A stretch of DNA of 64,000 bases from NCBI GenBank assembly GCA_964455875.1, contig CAYVYZ010000002.1, positions 655 through 64,654 on the forward strand, given 5' to 3'. Numbering within the stretch: position 1 is the first letter of the stretch; the number at the start of each line of letters is the position of its first letter. Of the stretch, positions 35,434 to 45,810 are shown in pieces. A program made the position numbers and the translations under genes. The stretch comes from an uncultured Planctomycetia bacterium (GTDB taxonomy: Bacteria > Omnitrophota > Gorgyraeia > Duberdicusellales > 4484-171). The notes below the pieces were generated by a model. It saw only the letters and a program-made list of their open reading frames with translations. It did no database searches and had not been told where the DNA came from.

Positions 35434-36480
35434 TTATTCAGAACTAGTTATTATCTTTCTTATTCTCTTAGCAGTGTTCTTTATGTGTTCCTCGGCTTCT
35501 TCGTCTGTTTTATTAGATACTTGGCTTACATACCTTTTTAGGTTAGCATAATGTAGTGGTAGTAGGTGTTTTGTTGTTTCTTCCGGGGTGTAATCATTGT
35601 TTTGTGCCGCCGCGATTAGTGTTAGAGGCCAGGTTCTTCTTCTTAGCGGGTTGTAGTTGTTTTTTTCTTCTAGGTTTTTTGTGTTCGGGATTAGTGTTTG
35701 TTCTTCTTTTTTCTGTGGTTCGCCTATAATGGTTGGTGTGATTACAGGGCCTAACCGCGGAGAGTGTTTGCGCATAACACGAAGGAGTGTGTTGTTCACT
35801 TCGTGGAACATCTGGGAGAGGTCTGTCGCTGGGTCTTTAACATTATGAATTTTGCTTCCGAGATGAGCCTGGGCTAACTCGAAGTTGTTAAGCAATGCGT
35901 TAAGAGTCATAAAAACATCTATTCCGAAGCCACGAACATCTCTGTCCCAGGGTAAAGACATCAAGTATTCGATGAATTTAACACTAAGTCCGAACTCTCC
36001 TCCGATGGGCTGACGGACGTTTATCCCGTAAAAACCGTAGATAAGAGGATAAACAATATGGTTGGTGATAGTCGCGTCAAACTTGTGCCTGGAATAAAGA
36101 GGGAGAACAAAATCGGCTCCGGCTAACACCGGCTCACAAAGATTCCTCACCCAAAAAGGCTTAATGCTGGTTAAATCAGCATCGACAACAATCACTGCCC
36201 TTGGGTGTAACTCCAAAACCAGGCTGAACAAATTAAAGAAGTTATTGCCTTTCCCCTTAACACCAGGCTCAGAAGATAAGTACTTCTTAGGAATACCTAA
36301 GGTGTTAGCCTTCAAAAACTCTTTACGAGTATTATCAGGACTACAATTATCAACGTTAACAATAAGAGAATTAAGATTAGAAAAATATTTGTTAAGCCCA
36401 ACAGCAACTACTTCTACCACACGCCTAATAGAGCTTTCTTCACAATAACTGGGAATACCGACGATAATATCAACACCCAT
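35434..36480 (-). CDS. glycosyltransferase, GT-A fold (GT2/GT81-like)
   Basis: DIIVGIPSYCEE...LIVNVDNCSPDNT...AVIVVDADL (the DxD motif). Confidence 0.6.
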   Translation of the reverse strand: MGVDIIVGIPSYCEESSIRRVVEVVAVGLNKYFSNLNSLIVNVDNCSPDNTRKEFLKANTLGIPKKYLSSEPGVKGKGNNFFNLFSLVLELHPRAVIVVDADLTSIKPFWVRNLCEPVLAGADFVLPLYSRHKFDATITNHIVYPLIYGFYGINVRQPIGGEFGLSVKFIEYLMSLPWDRDVRGFGIDVFMTLNALLNNFELAQAHLGSKIHNVKDPATDLSQMFHEVNNTLLRVMRKHSPRLGPVITPTIIGEPQKKEEQTLIPNTKNLEEKNNYNPLRRRTWPLTLIAAAQNNDYTPEETTKHLLPLHYANLKRYVSQVSNKTDEEAEEHIKNTAKRIRKIITSSE

Positions 36481-36544
36481 AAAAGAAATAATGTATCTTC
36501 ACCTATTTAAATGTTTCGATTAAAAAACAAGAAATCTTCTCGCC

Positions 36545-37168
36545 TTAAATGATTTTATCAGCTAAACCAAGTTTAACTGCTTCTTCGGCGCTCATATAAT
36601 AATCGTATTTCATTAACTCCCTAAGCTTTTTTCTAGTGAACTTAGGATGCTTTTTACGTATCTGAGCTAGATAAATGTTTTCCATGAGCTCGTTTATACG
36701 ATTAGTTTCTTCTGCGGCCCTAACAAAATCTTTAGTATGAACCTGGTCAGTAGCTTCTGTTCCGTAATGAATCATAACCCTGCAATTCTTAGATAAAACT
36801 CTCTCTTTACAAGCCTGTAAGATTATGCTTCCCATACTCCTACAACGACTATAAGCAATCATTTTAACAGGGCTCTTAAGAGTTCTGATGAACTCATAAA
36901 TAGCCATACCTGCGTCCCATTCACCACCATGACTATTCCAAATAAGAGTAATCGTCTTATGGTTTATTTGGTCTAACAAGTATAATCCTTTAATAAGCTG
37001 TTCTGCACTCCAATCATTCACTTCCATGCTTTCACCAGTACCAAGACCTAAATTAATACTGCTGTTAGCACCATAATAAATCGTTCTGGTCTTATAATCG
37101 ATGTTATATTCAAAAAAATACGCGATGTCCGTTTCAACCAATTTTCTTTTTACCATTTTAACACTCAC
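36545..37168 (-). CDS. ClpP-like serine protease (S14 family)
   Basis: ITLIWNSHGGEWDAGMAIYEFI...SRCRSMGSIILQAC...VMIHYG...MSAEEAVKLGLADKII. Confidence 0.65.
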   Translation of the reverse strand: MSVKMVKRKLVETDIAYFFEYNIDYKTRTIYYGANSSINLGLGTGESMEVNDWSAEQLIKGLYLLDQINHKTITLIWNSHGGEWDAGMAIYEFIRTLKSPVKMIAYSRCRSMGSIILQACKERVLSKNCRVMIHYGTEATDQVHTKDFVRAAEETNRINELMENIYLAQIRKKHPKFTRKKLRELMKYDYYMSAEEAVKLGLADKII

Positions 37169-38820
37169 CTTATTAATCCCATCTGAATCTTCCTAACCAA
37201 ATCAGATTCGTGTTTACTTTCACCAAATCCTTTATAAGGGTCAAAAACACCTCTACCGCCTCCCTCCGTAATAGCGAAAGGAACACTAGCGTTTTGGGTG
37301 GCTCTGTTAGCAAGAGCTAAAGCCATAACACAATCATCGTAAGCACCAACGCTTTCATACTTGTAATTACCTGCGGGAGTTTTCAACTCACAAAACTTAC
37401 CAAGTTCTTCCTCAATTACTCGCATCACATTAATACTTGTTTCGTCTCCTTGGGGAAAAATAATTTGTTCGTGCTCAAAACTAATAATAAGAAACTTGAT
37501 AAGATGTTCTTTTTTCTGACCCTTACCACCAGTAACAAAACTATCAATGTTAAGATTGTGTTTATCAACTAGTTCATCAATTAAGTCTTGACCAAAATTG
37601 TTTTGTTCAACCAAGATGTAAGGATGATTAAATCTTCTGCTAATCTCAGCGATTTTTTTTGCTTGTTCACTGATTTTTAAGCCTTTCTCGCGCCAAACAT
37701 GAACTATTTGTTTTTCGTTAGTAATAGTATTAAACGCCATGATTATCATAACAGAATAATCTGCGCTGGCACTACCACTACGAGCAACGTCAACACCACC
37801 AACAAACACCCAGTTTTTATCTCTCTTATCACTTTTTGGAAGCAAACAAATGTCTTTTCCCTTGCTCTTAGCAGGTTTTATAAGCCAGTCTGGGAAAAGA
37901 CTAGCGTCTCTACTAAAGAATTCTAATTGATACTCCCTAGAAAACTTAAGAGGGCCCATAGATAAACGTTTCTGCATTAAATCATTCCAAGTGAACCTAT
38001 CAGGACACTGAATAATTCTTTTCTCATAATCAAGAATAGCTGGGTATCTACGTATCACCCAGACACTTCCCTGTTTAACACGATTAGCTATAGTAGTAAA
38101 AATGTCTGTGTCTGTCTTAGGAGTACCAACAAGAATCATTTGTCCTTTACGATTTAAAAGCATTGGGTCTAATACCATATCAATATAATCTTCTATTTCT
38201 CTATCACTAAGCCTATTATCTGTTCTAAGAATATCATCGATGACTATTCTGTCAACATGCTGACCAAGAATCTCACTACCAATCCCTTTCACAAGGATAT
38301 AACCACCATTATAACCAATTGTTTCAACAGCCCATTTATTAGGATTCTTCTTACTGATTAACCACTCATTATTCTCGATAATAGACTTTAATTCTTCTAA
38401 TATACGGTTTGCTTGTTCTTGACTAGCACTAACAATTATAATCCTCCTATATTTAAATAAGAACATATCATAAATACTAAGAATTTCCGAGAAGAAAACA
38501 GATTTTCCATGTCCCCTAGCACAAAGAATAGCTAAATATCTGTTTTTCTTTACAAGTTTATCCCAAGAACGAAGAAGTTTGTTAAACCTAAAAGGTGCAG
38601 GAAAACCAATATCTGTTAGGGGGCCTATAATGAACTTACAGAAAAAATATAGACCTTTATCCTTATCATAACATAATTCTAATATTGACTTAAAAAGAAA
38701 AGCGTGTAATGTGTTCTTATCATACCTACTAAGTAAATTCTTGTAAGAGAGTTCTAGGTTTCCAGTTTTTTCAACTACCCAATCACAATAATCTTTGTAA
38801 ATATCCTCATACGTTCTCAT
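37165..38820 (-). CDS. terL: terminase large subunit
   Basis: Walker A ILCARGHGKSVFFS and Walker B RIVIDDIL. The nuclease domain has VGGVDVARSGSASADYSVMII and YDDCVMALALA. Confidence 0.85.
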   Translation of the reverse strand: MRTYEDIYKDYCDWVVEKTGNLELSYKNLLSRYDKNTLHAFLFKSILELCYDKDKGLYFFCKFIIGPLTDIGFPAPFRFNKLLRSWDKLVKKNRYLAILCARGHGKSVFFSEILSIYDMFLFKYRRIIIVSASQEQANRILEELKSIIENNEWLISKKNPNKWAVETIGYNGGYILVKGIGSEILGQHVDRIVIDDILRTDNRLSDREIEDYIDMVLDPMLLNRKGQMILVGTPKTDTDIFTTIANRVKQGSVWVIRRYPAILDYEKRIIQCPDRFTWNDLMQKRLSMGPLKFSREYQLEFFSRDASLFPDWLIKPAKSKGKDICLLPKSDKRDKNWVFVGGVDVARSGSASADYSVMIIMAFNTITNEKQIVHVWREKGLKISEQAKKIAEISRRFNHPYILVEQNNFGQDLIDELVDKHNLNIDSFVTGGKGQKKEHLIKFLIISFEHEQIIFPQGDETSINVMRVIEEELGKFCELKTPAGNYKYESVGAYDDCVMALALANRATQNASVPFAITEGGGRGVFDPYKGFGESKHESDLVRKIQMGLIR

Positions 38821-39029
38821 TGTTCTGTCTTTTTCTTTTTTGAAGTTTCCTTCTTTTTCTTTTCCTCTTCCTTTGTTTTTATATTAATAAATGGGTTGTC
38901 ATAATCTTCGATATTATCCAAACCAATTTTTTCAATAAGACATCCTAAACAATATGTGAATCTTTTACCTCCTCCCATTAATCTCATCACCCATGTATTA
39001 AAGTGTCCACATTTATTTTTTATTGCCAT
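38817..39029 (-). CDS. small zinc-ribbon protein upstream of terL
   Basis: CGHF...CLGC with a K/E-rich tail. It may be a terminase-associated protein. Confidence 0.3.
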   Translation of the reverse strand: MAIKNKCGHFNTWVMRLMGGGKRFTYCLGCLIEKIGLDNIEDYDNPFINIKTKEEEKKKKETSKKKKTEQ

Positions 39030-40095
39030 TTTTTATTACCTCTTTCATTTCCATTATTCTATGAATGAATGTGTGTTTGGTTAAAACCGTTCTCTGTCCA
39101 TTCCTACCAATTTTCTTACATAATTCTTCGTTTTTCAAAAGAAAGTCTATCATATCTATTAAACCATCTTCATCGTAATAAACTAATAGGTCTTCTTCTC
39201 CAGTAATTTTTTCTCCTTTCTTATTAATCTTAAACATATTTTCCATTCCTTTACAATAGGTGGTTAAATATAGACCTCCTGCGCACAAAACTCTATAGAG
39301 TCTTGCGCTGAAACCAAGCTCTATGTCTGGGTCTTGGTCTATACCAAGATTAATAATGGAAGCTTCTACAACCATACTATGAATAAGATTTATAGCTTGT
39401 TTGTTTGTATGAACTGTTTTTAATATTGGTGGTAGTAACTTCCATTCACACACAACAGGTCCCCAGATTTTCAGGTCAAACCCCTCTTCAGCCAGTCTTG
39501 TAAGTATTTTTACTCTATTAGAGTGTTGTTTTAAGAAACCAATACTACCAATAAACGTTACGTCAGAACCATACTTCTTCCTTTGATAAGCGTTTAAATA
39601 AACACCTTTATTCAGATTAGGATAACACCCCTCGTCTAAATACCTTACGTTTTCAAAACCAGCCTCTTTGAGTTTATCAGCCACTCCTTTTAAACTACAA
39701 AAAAAGTAATCATAAAATTTAATAGCTTCAAAAAACTCTGTTTGTTCCCAAATTGGTTTATCAACAAGATACTTATCAAAGAACCAATTAACTATTTTTG
39801 CTTTTGGAAATTTTTCTCTTAATTTTTTTAGTGTGTCCATATGAAGCTCTAATCCTTTAAAAACAATGATTAAATCATAATCTGTTTCAAAAACATCGAT
39901 TTCTTTTAAAATACGTGGTTGAGCATTAAATATTCCTTCTTTATTAACAATAACTCGGATATCTATACCATCAACTCTATAACCGCTTTCTTGAAAAGAT
40001 AGTGCTATATACCACGCAGTCTGCCTATCTTTGAAGCTACCAAGCAACAAAACATTCTCTTTTTCTTCTTTTTTCTTGTTCATGACCACCACCAA
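39013..40095 (-). CDS. glycosyltransferase, CgeB-like GT-B family
   Basis: SARLYRVLCAGGLYLTT...HTFIHRI. Confidence 0.5.
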   Translation of the reverse strand: MVVVMNKKKEEKENVLLLGSFKDRQTAWYIALSFQESGYRVDGIDIRVIVNKEGIFNAQPRILKEIDVFETDYDLIIVFKGLELHMDTLKKLREKFPKAKIVNWFFDKYLVDKPIWEQTEFFEAIKFYDYFFCSLKGVADKLKEAGFENVRYLDEGCYPNLNKGVYLNAYQRKKYGSDVTFIGSIGFLKQHSNRVKILTRLAEEGFDLKIWGPVVCEWKLLPPILKTVHTNKQAINLIHSMVVEASIINLGIDQDPDIELGFSARLYRVLCAGGLYLTTYCKGMENMFKINKKGEKITGEEDLLVYYDEDGLIDMIDFLLKNEELCKKIGRNGQRTVLTKHTFIHRIMEMKEVIKNGNKK

Positions 40096-41020
40096 TATCT
40101 TTTTTTAATTCTTCTGCTGTAACAGTTGCAGTTCCAAGCTTCCCAACAACGATGCCTGCGGCATGATTAGCAAGTATAGCACTTTCTTCAAGAGACAAAC
40201 CAGATACTAGTGCAAGAACTAATCCTGCTACAAAAGTGTCTCCGGCACCAGAAACATCATAAACTTTCTTTGCTTTAGTAGGAATATGTGTGTGTTTTTT
40301 TGTGTGTTTATCAAATATGGAAAGGCCTTCCGGTCCTCGTGTAACTATGACATTCGAATTTAATTTTCTTAATAGTTTCTTACCAATTTGTTTGATATTA
40401 TCTGCTCCACACATTTCTTTTGCTTCCTTCAAATTTGGTGTTACAACAAAAACTTTTTTAAACCAATTAGTATGTGCTGGTGTTGGGTCAACCACCACTT
40501 TCATCTGATTATTCTTCAACTCTTTCATAAGTCTTTGTGTTATCATGCCTTTGTTATAATCAGAAACTATTATCATATCAAAGTTGTTTTGCTTAGAGAA
40601 CTTTATAATCCCATTAATTAATTTTCCTGGTAAAGGATTACATACTTCCCAATCAATTCTTAATAATTGTTGTCCGTTAGCCATAGCTCTTGTTTTCTTA
40701 ATGGTAAGATAATCTTCTCTCTCTATCAGGTTTGGTATAATGTTGTGTGTTGCCAATAATTTTAGTAACATATCTTTTTCATTATCATTTCCTACTTGTC
40801 CTATAAGAGTGCACTTTCCTCCAAGGGAAGTGATGTTGCTAGCTAAATTTGCGGCGCCACCAGCACGATAATCTACTTTCTTAACATTTATAACCGGAAC
40901 AGGAGCTTCTGGGCTGATACGATTAACATCTCCAAAAAGATATTCGTCCACCATTAAATCTCCAATAACCAAAATATTGGCTTTATTGAACTTATTAATT
41001 GCTCCTATTAATTTTTTCAT
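40037..41020 (-). CDS. sugar kinase of the pfkB family, resembling D-beta-D-heptose 7-phosphate kinase (HldE/RfaE domain I)
   Basis: ILVIGDLMVDEYLFGDVNRISPEAPVPV and DVSGAGDTFVAGL. Confidence 0.7.
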   Translation of the reverse strand: MKKLIGAINKFNKANILVIGDLMVDEYLFGDVNRISPEAPVPVINVKKVDYRAGGAANLASNITSLGGKCTLIGQVGNDNEKDMLLKLLATHNIIPNLIEREDYLTIKKTRAMANGQQLLRIDWEVCNPLPGKLINGIIKFSKQNNFDMIIVSDYNKGMITQRLMKELKNNQMKVVVDPTPAHTNWFKKVFVVTPNLKEAKEMCGADNIKQIGKKLLRKLNSNVIVTRGPEGLSIFDKHTKKHTHIPTKAKKVYDVSGAGDTFVAGLVLALVSGLSLEESAILANHAAGIVVGKLGTATVTAEELKKDIGGGHEQEKRRKRECFVAW

Positions 41021-42096
41021 TTTCTCACTATAGACTCCATTATTTTAAGCATAGCTCTGGCAATATTGTCAAAACTACCGGTTTCTCTACCATGCACAAC
41101 ACCTTGTTTAAGTCTGTTTTTTATCACATCTCTCTTGAGAGACCTTACATAAGCTATTGTTTCTGCCAGACTAAACGGATTAGTGACATCACAGTAAAAA
41201 GGAAAATCACCATATAAATCATGAAGTATTTTAAAATCTCCACAAATAACGGGTTTTCCAACAAACATCCCTTCCAGGGGACTAAGACCAGCAATATATT
41301 CGGTGTTCTGTGGATATAAAAGCATCGCGCTGTTTTTAATAAGTTCGAACTTCTCTTTCTGGGTTATAAGGCTTTTGTGTTCAAATGGAATGTTGTTCTC
41401 TTCACACACTTTCTTTATAAGTTCTAACTCCCCCCTATCTCGTCCAATACAAAAATATTTTAAATCTGGTTTTAATAAAGCTAGGGCTTTGGCTACCATT
41501 AAACAATTCTTTTTTGGTGTGAGCCTGGAAATAGTAATAACGTAATCTCCTTCTATATCTAACCCAGCTCCTTCATACTCCGGAAACAAATCTGTTCCAG
41601 CAGGAATCACATGAGTATCAGGGAACCAGTGTTTAGTATACTTATAATATTCGTCCCTAGCTACATAAGTATTAAAAATTAGTGTGTCTGCTTGTTTTAA
41701 AACATCAAACCAAAAAGACCATTGTCGCATTCTCCACCTTTCTTCTTTCATAGCATCTGTTGGGACATCAAGTATCATTATTCCCCATGGTAATTTATAA
41801 ACTCTTGCTAGATAAGCTACTACCGGTGATATCGGTGTGTGTGAACCAAATATTAAATCAAACTTTTCTCTAGCAAACAAATCAAGAGTCTTACTATGCA
41901 TTTTCGCAGGCACAAAAAACTTCTCGTAATCTATGTTAATCCTTGTAAGATTTTCATGTGGCTCTATAGGATTATCTTTATCATATTCGTCTAGTTGTTG
42001 AACAACAGCGGTAACTTTATGACCCGCTCTACAAAAAGCGTTACAAAGCCCAATCACAAAATTCGCGCTTTCAGCACCAAAATATAATATGTTCAT
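41017..42096 (-). CDS. glycosyltransferase family 4-like (GT-B)
   Basis: GLSPLEGMFVGKPVICGD. Confidence 0.6.
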   Translation of the reverse strand: MNILYFGAESANFVIGLCNAFCRAGHKVTAVVQQLDEYDKDNPIEPHENLTRINIDYEKFFVPAKMHSKTLDLFAREKFDLIFGSHTPISPVVAYLARVYKLPWGIMILDVPTDAMKEERWRMRQWSFWFDVLKQADTLIFNTYVARDEYYKYTKHWFPDTHVIPAGTDLFPEYEGAGLDIEGDYVITISRLTPKKNCLMVAKALALLKPDLKYFCIGRDRGELELIKKVCEENNIPFEHKSLITQKEKFELIKNSAMLLYPQNTEYIAGLSPLEGMFVGKPVICGDFKILHDLYGDFPFYCDVTNPFSLAETIAYVRSLKRDVIKNRLKQGVVHGRETGSFDNIARAMLKIMESIVRK

Positions 42097-43970
42097 TCTA
42101 ATACCTCTTCAAACGATTTAACAATATAATCTAGGTCTTCCTGATTCAAGAATTGGTGGCAACCGATATAAAAAGTTTGTCTACCAATAAATTCTGCTAC
42201 TGGCAACTTATTTTCATATTCTTTTTTTAAATGAGCTAAGGATGGCATATCGAGTGGTAAACAACCATACATAGGCCTTGTTTCAATTCCTTTTTCTTCA
42301 AGAGCTTCCCTAAACTCCGCCCTGCTAATCACGTTCTTATCTTTAATCACTATTGGATAACCAAGGTAAGCAATATCCTTATCATATTTTGGTAATTGTA
42401 TAATACCCCTATCTTCATATTTTTTCAGTCGTTCATTAAGGTATTTTACATTATCGTTTCGTTTCTTAATAATATCGTTTATGGTTTTGAATTGTTCAAA
42501 AGCTAATCCTGCGGCGAACTCTGTAGACCTATAATTACCACTAATCATATCGTGATAATATCTTGGGTGTAAATCCCTTTCATCTCTAAACATTTTATCC
42601 TTAAAATATTGTTCGTCCTCTTTGAAATAACAGGACACCCTACCATTAGATTTAAGCTTGTCATAAATCCTGTATAAATCCGCATTATTAGTGTTGATTG
42701 TTCCCATCTCACCACATTGTATTGTGTGAGCTATGAAAAAAGAGCAAGCTGACCATAACCCCCAACTACCAAGCTTTTTGCCTTTATAAGTAGTCCCGTA
42801 ACCCTGACAATTATCCTCTATTACAGGAATACCGTGTTTATCAGCTATCTCTCTAATTTTATCAATTTCGCATGGTATTCCCATAATATGAACCGGCATA
42901 ACTGCTTTTATATCTGGGTGCTCTTTAAGAGTTTTTTCAAGAGCTTCCGGGGACATACCAAGAGTGTTTTGGTCTATATCTACAAACACTGGTTCGTTGC
43001 CTGTTAAATAAATGGCGTTAATAGTAGCCATATAAGTGAAGGGAGTAGTGGCTATTTTCCCTTTATTCTTAAAAAATTCGTTCATGGCTCTCAAACCAAC
43101 TATTAACGCTGATGTGCCAGAATTAGTAGTAGTACAATAATTTGTGCCGATATACTCTGCCCACAAAGCAGAGAACATCTCAGAGTATTTTCCTTCAGAT
43201 ATTCTTCCAGAATCAAGTATTTCGTTAATCCTATCCTTTTCTTCTTGAGTAATTTTTAAATCACCGGTTGGGATTCTATAAGACATTTTCTTCTTCCTCC
43301 ATAAATAAATTGTTTCTTTTTGAGTAGTATAATAATAAATTTTATCAAAGTTTTTTTCCATATAATCTTCGAATTCTTCTTTTACAAGTAAGTTCTTAGC
43401 TAAGTGTTGTGGTGTGTGCGCACCAACACTAAACATCATACCAGTTGTTAACATATATCCTCTTGGTTTCAATAACGATGATAAGTGTTTCATAGTTTCA
43501 AGTGGATTATCTAAATGCTCTAAAACATCTATGGTCATTATCACATCGTATTTTAACTTATTCATCATTTCTTCATCAATAAACGAAACCTGTTTTTTCA
43601 TATGTTTACAACAAAACTTAGCGAAATCTTGTGTTATTCCCGGAACATCATAATAGTAAACATTATGATTATCTGATAAAGCTATGCTTATGGCTCCTAT
43701 CCCACCACCAAAGTCTAATATATCAAGCCCTTTACACAAACCATTTATCGGGTGAATAACATTGTTTACTCGTTTATCATCACTAAAACCTAACAAACCA
43801 AATATTGTCGTGTCTGACTTCTCATAATATTTTTCTTTACCAAGCTTCCACCAATCTTCAACAGCTTTTTTTGGGTTTCTCCTAATCTTTTCATTTACTT
43901 CAAAACTATCTAAGTTGAAGAACACTTCTGCAAGTTTTTTCATAGTTCGAATCATATTTTCTCCCTCCAA
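42093..43970 (-). CDS. bifunctional SAM-dependent methyltransferase (N-terminal) and DegT/ArnB-type PLP sugar aminotransferase (C-terminal)
   Basis: LDFGGGIGAISIAL...YYDV is the class I MTase motif. RISEGKYSEMFSALWAEYIGTNYCTTTNSGTSAL is the aminotransferase part. Confidence 0.65.
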   Translation of the reverse strand: MEGENMIRTMKKLAEVFFNLDSFEVNEKIRRNPKKAVEDWWKLGKEKYYEKSDTTIFGLLGFSDDKRVNNVIHPINGLCKGLDILDFGGGIGAISIALSDNHNVYYYDVPGITQDFAKFCCKHMKKQVSFIDEEMMNKLKYDVIMTIDVLEHLDNPLETMKHLSSLLKPRGYMLTTGMMFSVGAHTPQHLAKNLLVKEEFEDYMEKNFDKIYYYTTQKETIYLWRKKKMSYRIPTGDLKITQEEKDRINEILDSGRISEGKYSEMFSALWAEYIGTNYCTTTNSGTSALIVGLRAMNEFFKNKGKIATTPFTYMATINAIYLTGNEPVFVDIDQNTLGMSPEALEKTLKEHPDIKAVMPVHIMGIPCEIDKIREIADKHGIPVIEDNCQGYGTTYKGKKLGSWGLWSACSFFIAHTIQCGEMGTINTNNADLYRIYDKLKSNGRVSCYFKEDEQYFKDKMFRDERDLHPRYYHDMISGNYRSTEFAAGLAFEQFKTINDIIKKRNDNVKYLNERLKKYEDRGIIQLPKYDKDIAYLGYPIVIKDKNVISRAEFREALEEKGIETRPMYGCLPLDMPSLAHLKKEYENKLPVAEFIGRQTFYIGCHQFLNQEDLDYIVKSFEEVLE

Positions 43971-44920
43971 AAATCAAGCACCTCTTTTATTGTGTCGGCA
44001 ACAGAAATTTCTGGTTTCCAATCTGGGCACACCGATTTAAACTTAGTGGTGTCTGGCACTTGCATATTAACATCTTTTGGTCTTAATAGTTTTTCATCAA
44101 CAATTACTTCTATTTCTCCCTTTTTAGGACTAAGAGAAATCATGTGTGCTAATACATGACCAACCATCCAGGTTTCTTCACCCCCAATATTATAAGCTTC
44201 ACCCCACTTACCATTATCTGTGAGCATCCAATAAGCTCTGACACAGTCTTTCACATTCATAATGGTTCTATGACTCTTAAGATTGCCAACATAAATTTTT
44301 GGTTCTTGCAATCCTTTCTCTATTTTAGCTATTTGTTTAGCAAAAGCAGAAACGAAAAAGACATCACCACGCCTCTTACCAGTATGAGTGAATGCCCGTG
44401 TAATAACGGTTTTTAAGCCATAACATTTATGATACATTCTTCCGGCTAGGTCTTGCCCTACTTTACTAAGAGCATATGGTGATAATGGGTCAAAAGGCTC
44501 TGACTCAGATGTTGGTGTGTTAACTTGATGACCGTAAACCTCTGAAGACGAACAAATCAATATGACAGCGTCTTTATTATATTTATTCACCGCCTCAAGT
44601 AAATTGATTGTCCCGATAATATTTGCTTCTATAGTAGCACTAGGAGCACTGAAAGAAGCAGGAACATAAGACTGTGCGGCTAAATGAAATATTTTGTTAA
44701 ACGAATACTCTTTGAACAATCTCTCAACATTATGGGAGTCTGTTAAATCACACTCAACCCAAATTATCCTATCAGATTTGATATGTTCCACGTTTTTCAT
44801 ACTACTAGTATGTGCTCGTTGCATACAACAAACCATATAATCAGGATGGTTCTCAAGAATGTATTCTATTAAATGTGAACCAACAAAACCATTAGCTCCT
44901 GTTATTAAAACTTTTTTCAT
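43952..44920 (-). CDS. NAD-dependent sugar epimerase/dehydratase (extended SDR)
   Basis: MKKVLITGANGFVGSHL and the YxxxK region. The start was trimmed to MKKVL. Confidence 0.7.
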   Translation of the reverse strand: MKKVLITGANGFVGSHLIEYILENHPDYMVCCMQRAHTSSMKNVEHIKSDRIIWVECDLTDSHNVERLFKEYSFNKIFHLAAQSYVPASFSAPSATIEANIIGTINLLEAVNKYNKDAVILICSSSEVYGHQVNTPTSESEPFDPLSPYALSKVGQDLAGRMYHKCYGLKTVITRAFTHTGKRRGDVFFVSAFAKQIAKIEKGLQEPKIYVGNLKSHRTIMNVKDCVRAYWMLTDNGKWGEAYNIGGEETWMVGHVLAHMISLSPKKGEIEVIVDEKLLRPKDVNMQVPDTTKFKSVCPDWKPEISVADTIKEVLDFWREKI

Positions 44921-45062
44921 TATAAATCCACCCATTCTTTTTCTACAAATATTTGTGCTTTTGGGCATCTAGAACAACCTCTTGAGTTGCCCATCTTATC
45001 ATACACCCAGTGATGAAAATTAAAAAAACAATCATACCTATGTAGCTTCATAGTTTTTCTTT

Positions 45063-45353
45063 TCATTCTATAATATCGTATGTTTTTTCAAAAATTTCTT
45101 TATCACAAGGATATTTTTCTCCATTTACTCCAAACATTAAATAGTCTCCTGGCTTCCCAAAAACAACACCTTCCATAGTAGTTACTTTAAAACCTCCTGG
45201 AAAATTTATTTGTACCGCTTTAACTACAATAGGTTTTTTTCTACACTTAATAATATCTTTTTCTTCCAACTTATCTAATGTTATTTCATCTGCATTAAAT
45301 AGCTCCATCTTAATCTCTTCCTTTAGCTTTAAAAATTTTTGGGTCTTGGTCAC
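45063..45353 (-). CDS. hypothetical protein
   Basis: 96 aa. Confidence 0.35.
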   Translation of the reverse strand: MTKTQKFLKLKEEIKMELFNADEITLDKLEEKDIIKCRKKPIVVKAVQINFPGGFKVTTMEGVVFGKPGDYLMFGVNGEKYPCDKEIFEKTYDIIE

Positions 45354-45810
45354 CCGCTGACTCAGTACCGTTTATTAATCCAACAATTTTATCTTCTAGT
45401 TTCTTTCTCAGCTTAATCCTATTGTTATTAGCACTTCTAGAGGCGTCCACCAAAAACTTAACCCTGTCAGGACTTGGTTTTGGTAATTTATTTAATTCTC
45501 TGAGCTCATATTCTGAAAACCAAATCTTTAAATGAGATATTATAAAAGCATCAATTAAAAAACTAAAAGACTCAACTATGTTTCCGCCTTCCTCAGGAAT
45601 ATTTATTCCTTCTTTTTTTAATAACTCTAATAATGTAACTTCTATCTCGTTCTTCAACTTAGCTCTTCTATCATTAGATTCTCTAGCATGTTTTACAATC
45701 TCGGTGAAATCTGTCCCAGTATTATACTGACCTAATTTTAACTCATAAAAGAAATTTTCTGTGTCGGCATCAATTAATAACTCTATTAAATCTAATAATT
45801 TTTTAATCAT
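45310..45810 (-). CDS. hypothetical protein
   Basis: 166 aa. Confidence 0.35.
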   Translation of the reverse strand: MIKKLLDLIELLIDADTENFFYELKLGQYNTGTDFTEIVKHARESNDRRAKLKNEIEVTLLELLKKEGINIPEEGGNIVESFSFLIDAFIISHLKIWFSEYELRELNKLPKPSPDRVKFLVDASRSANNNRIKLRKKLEDKIVGLINGTESAGDQDPKIFKAKGRD

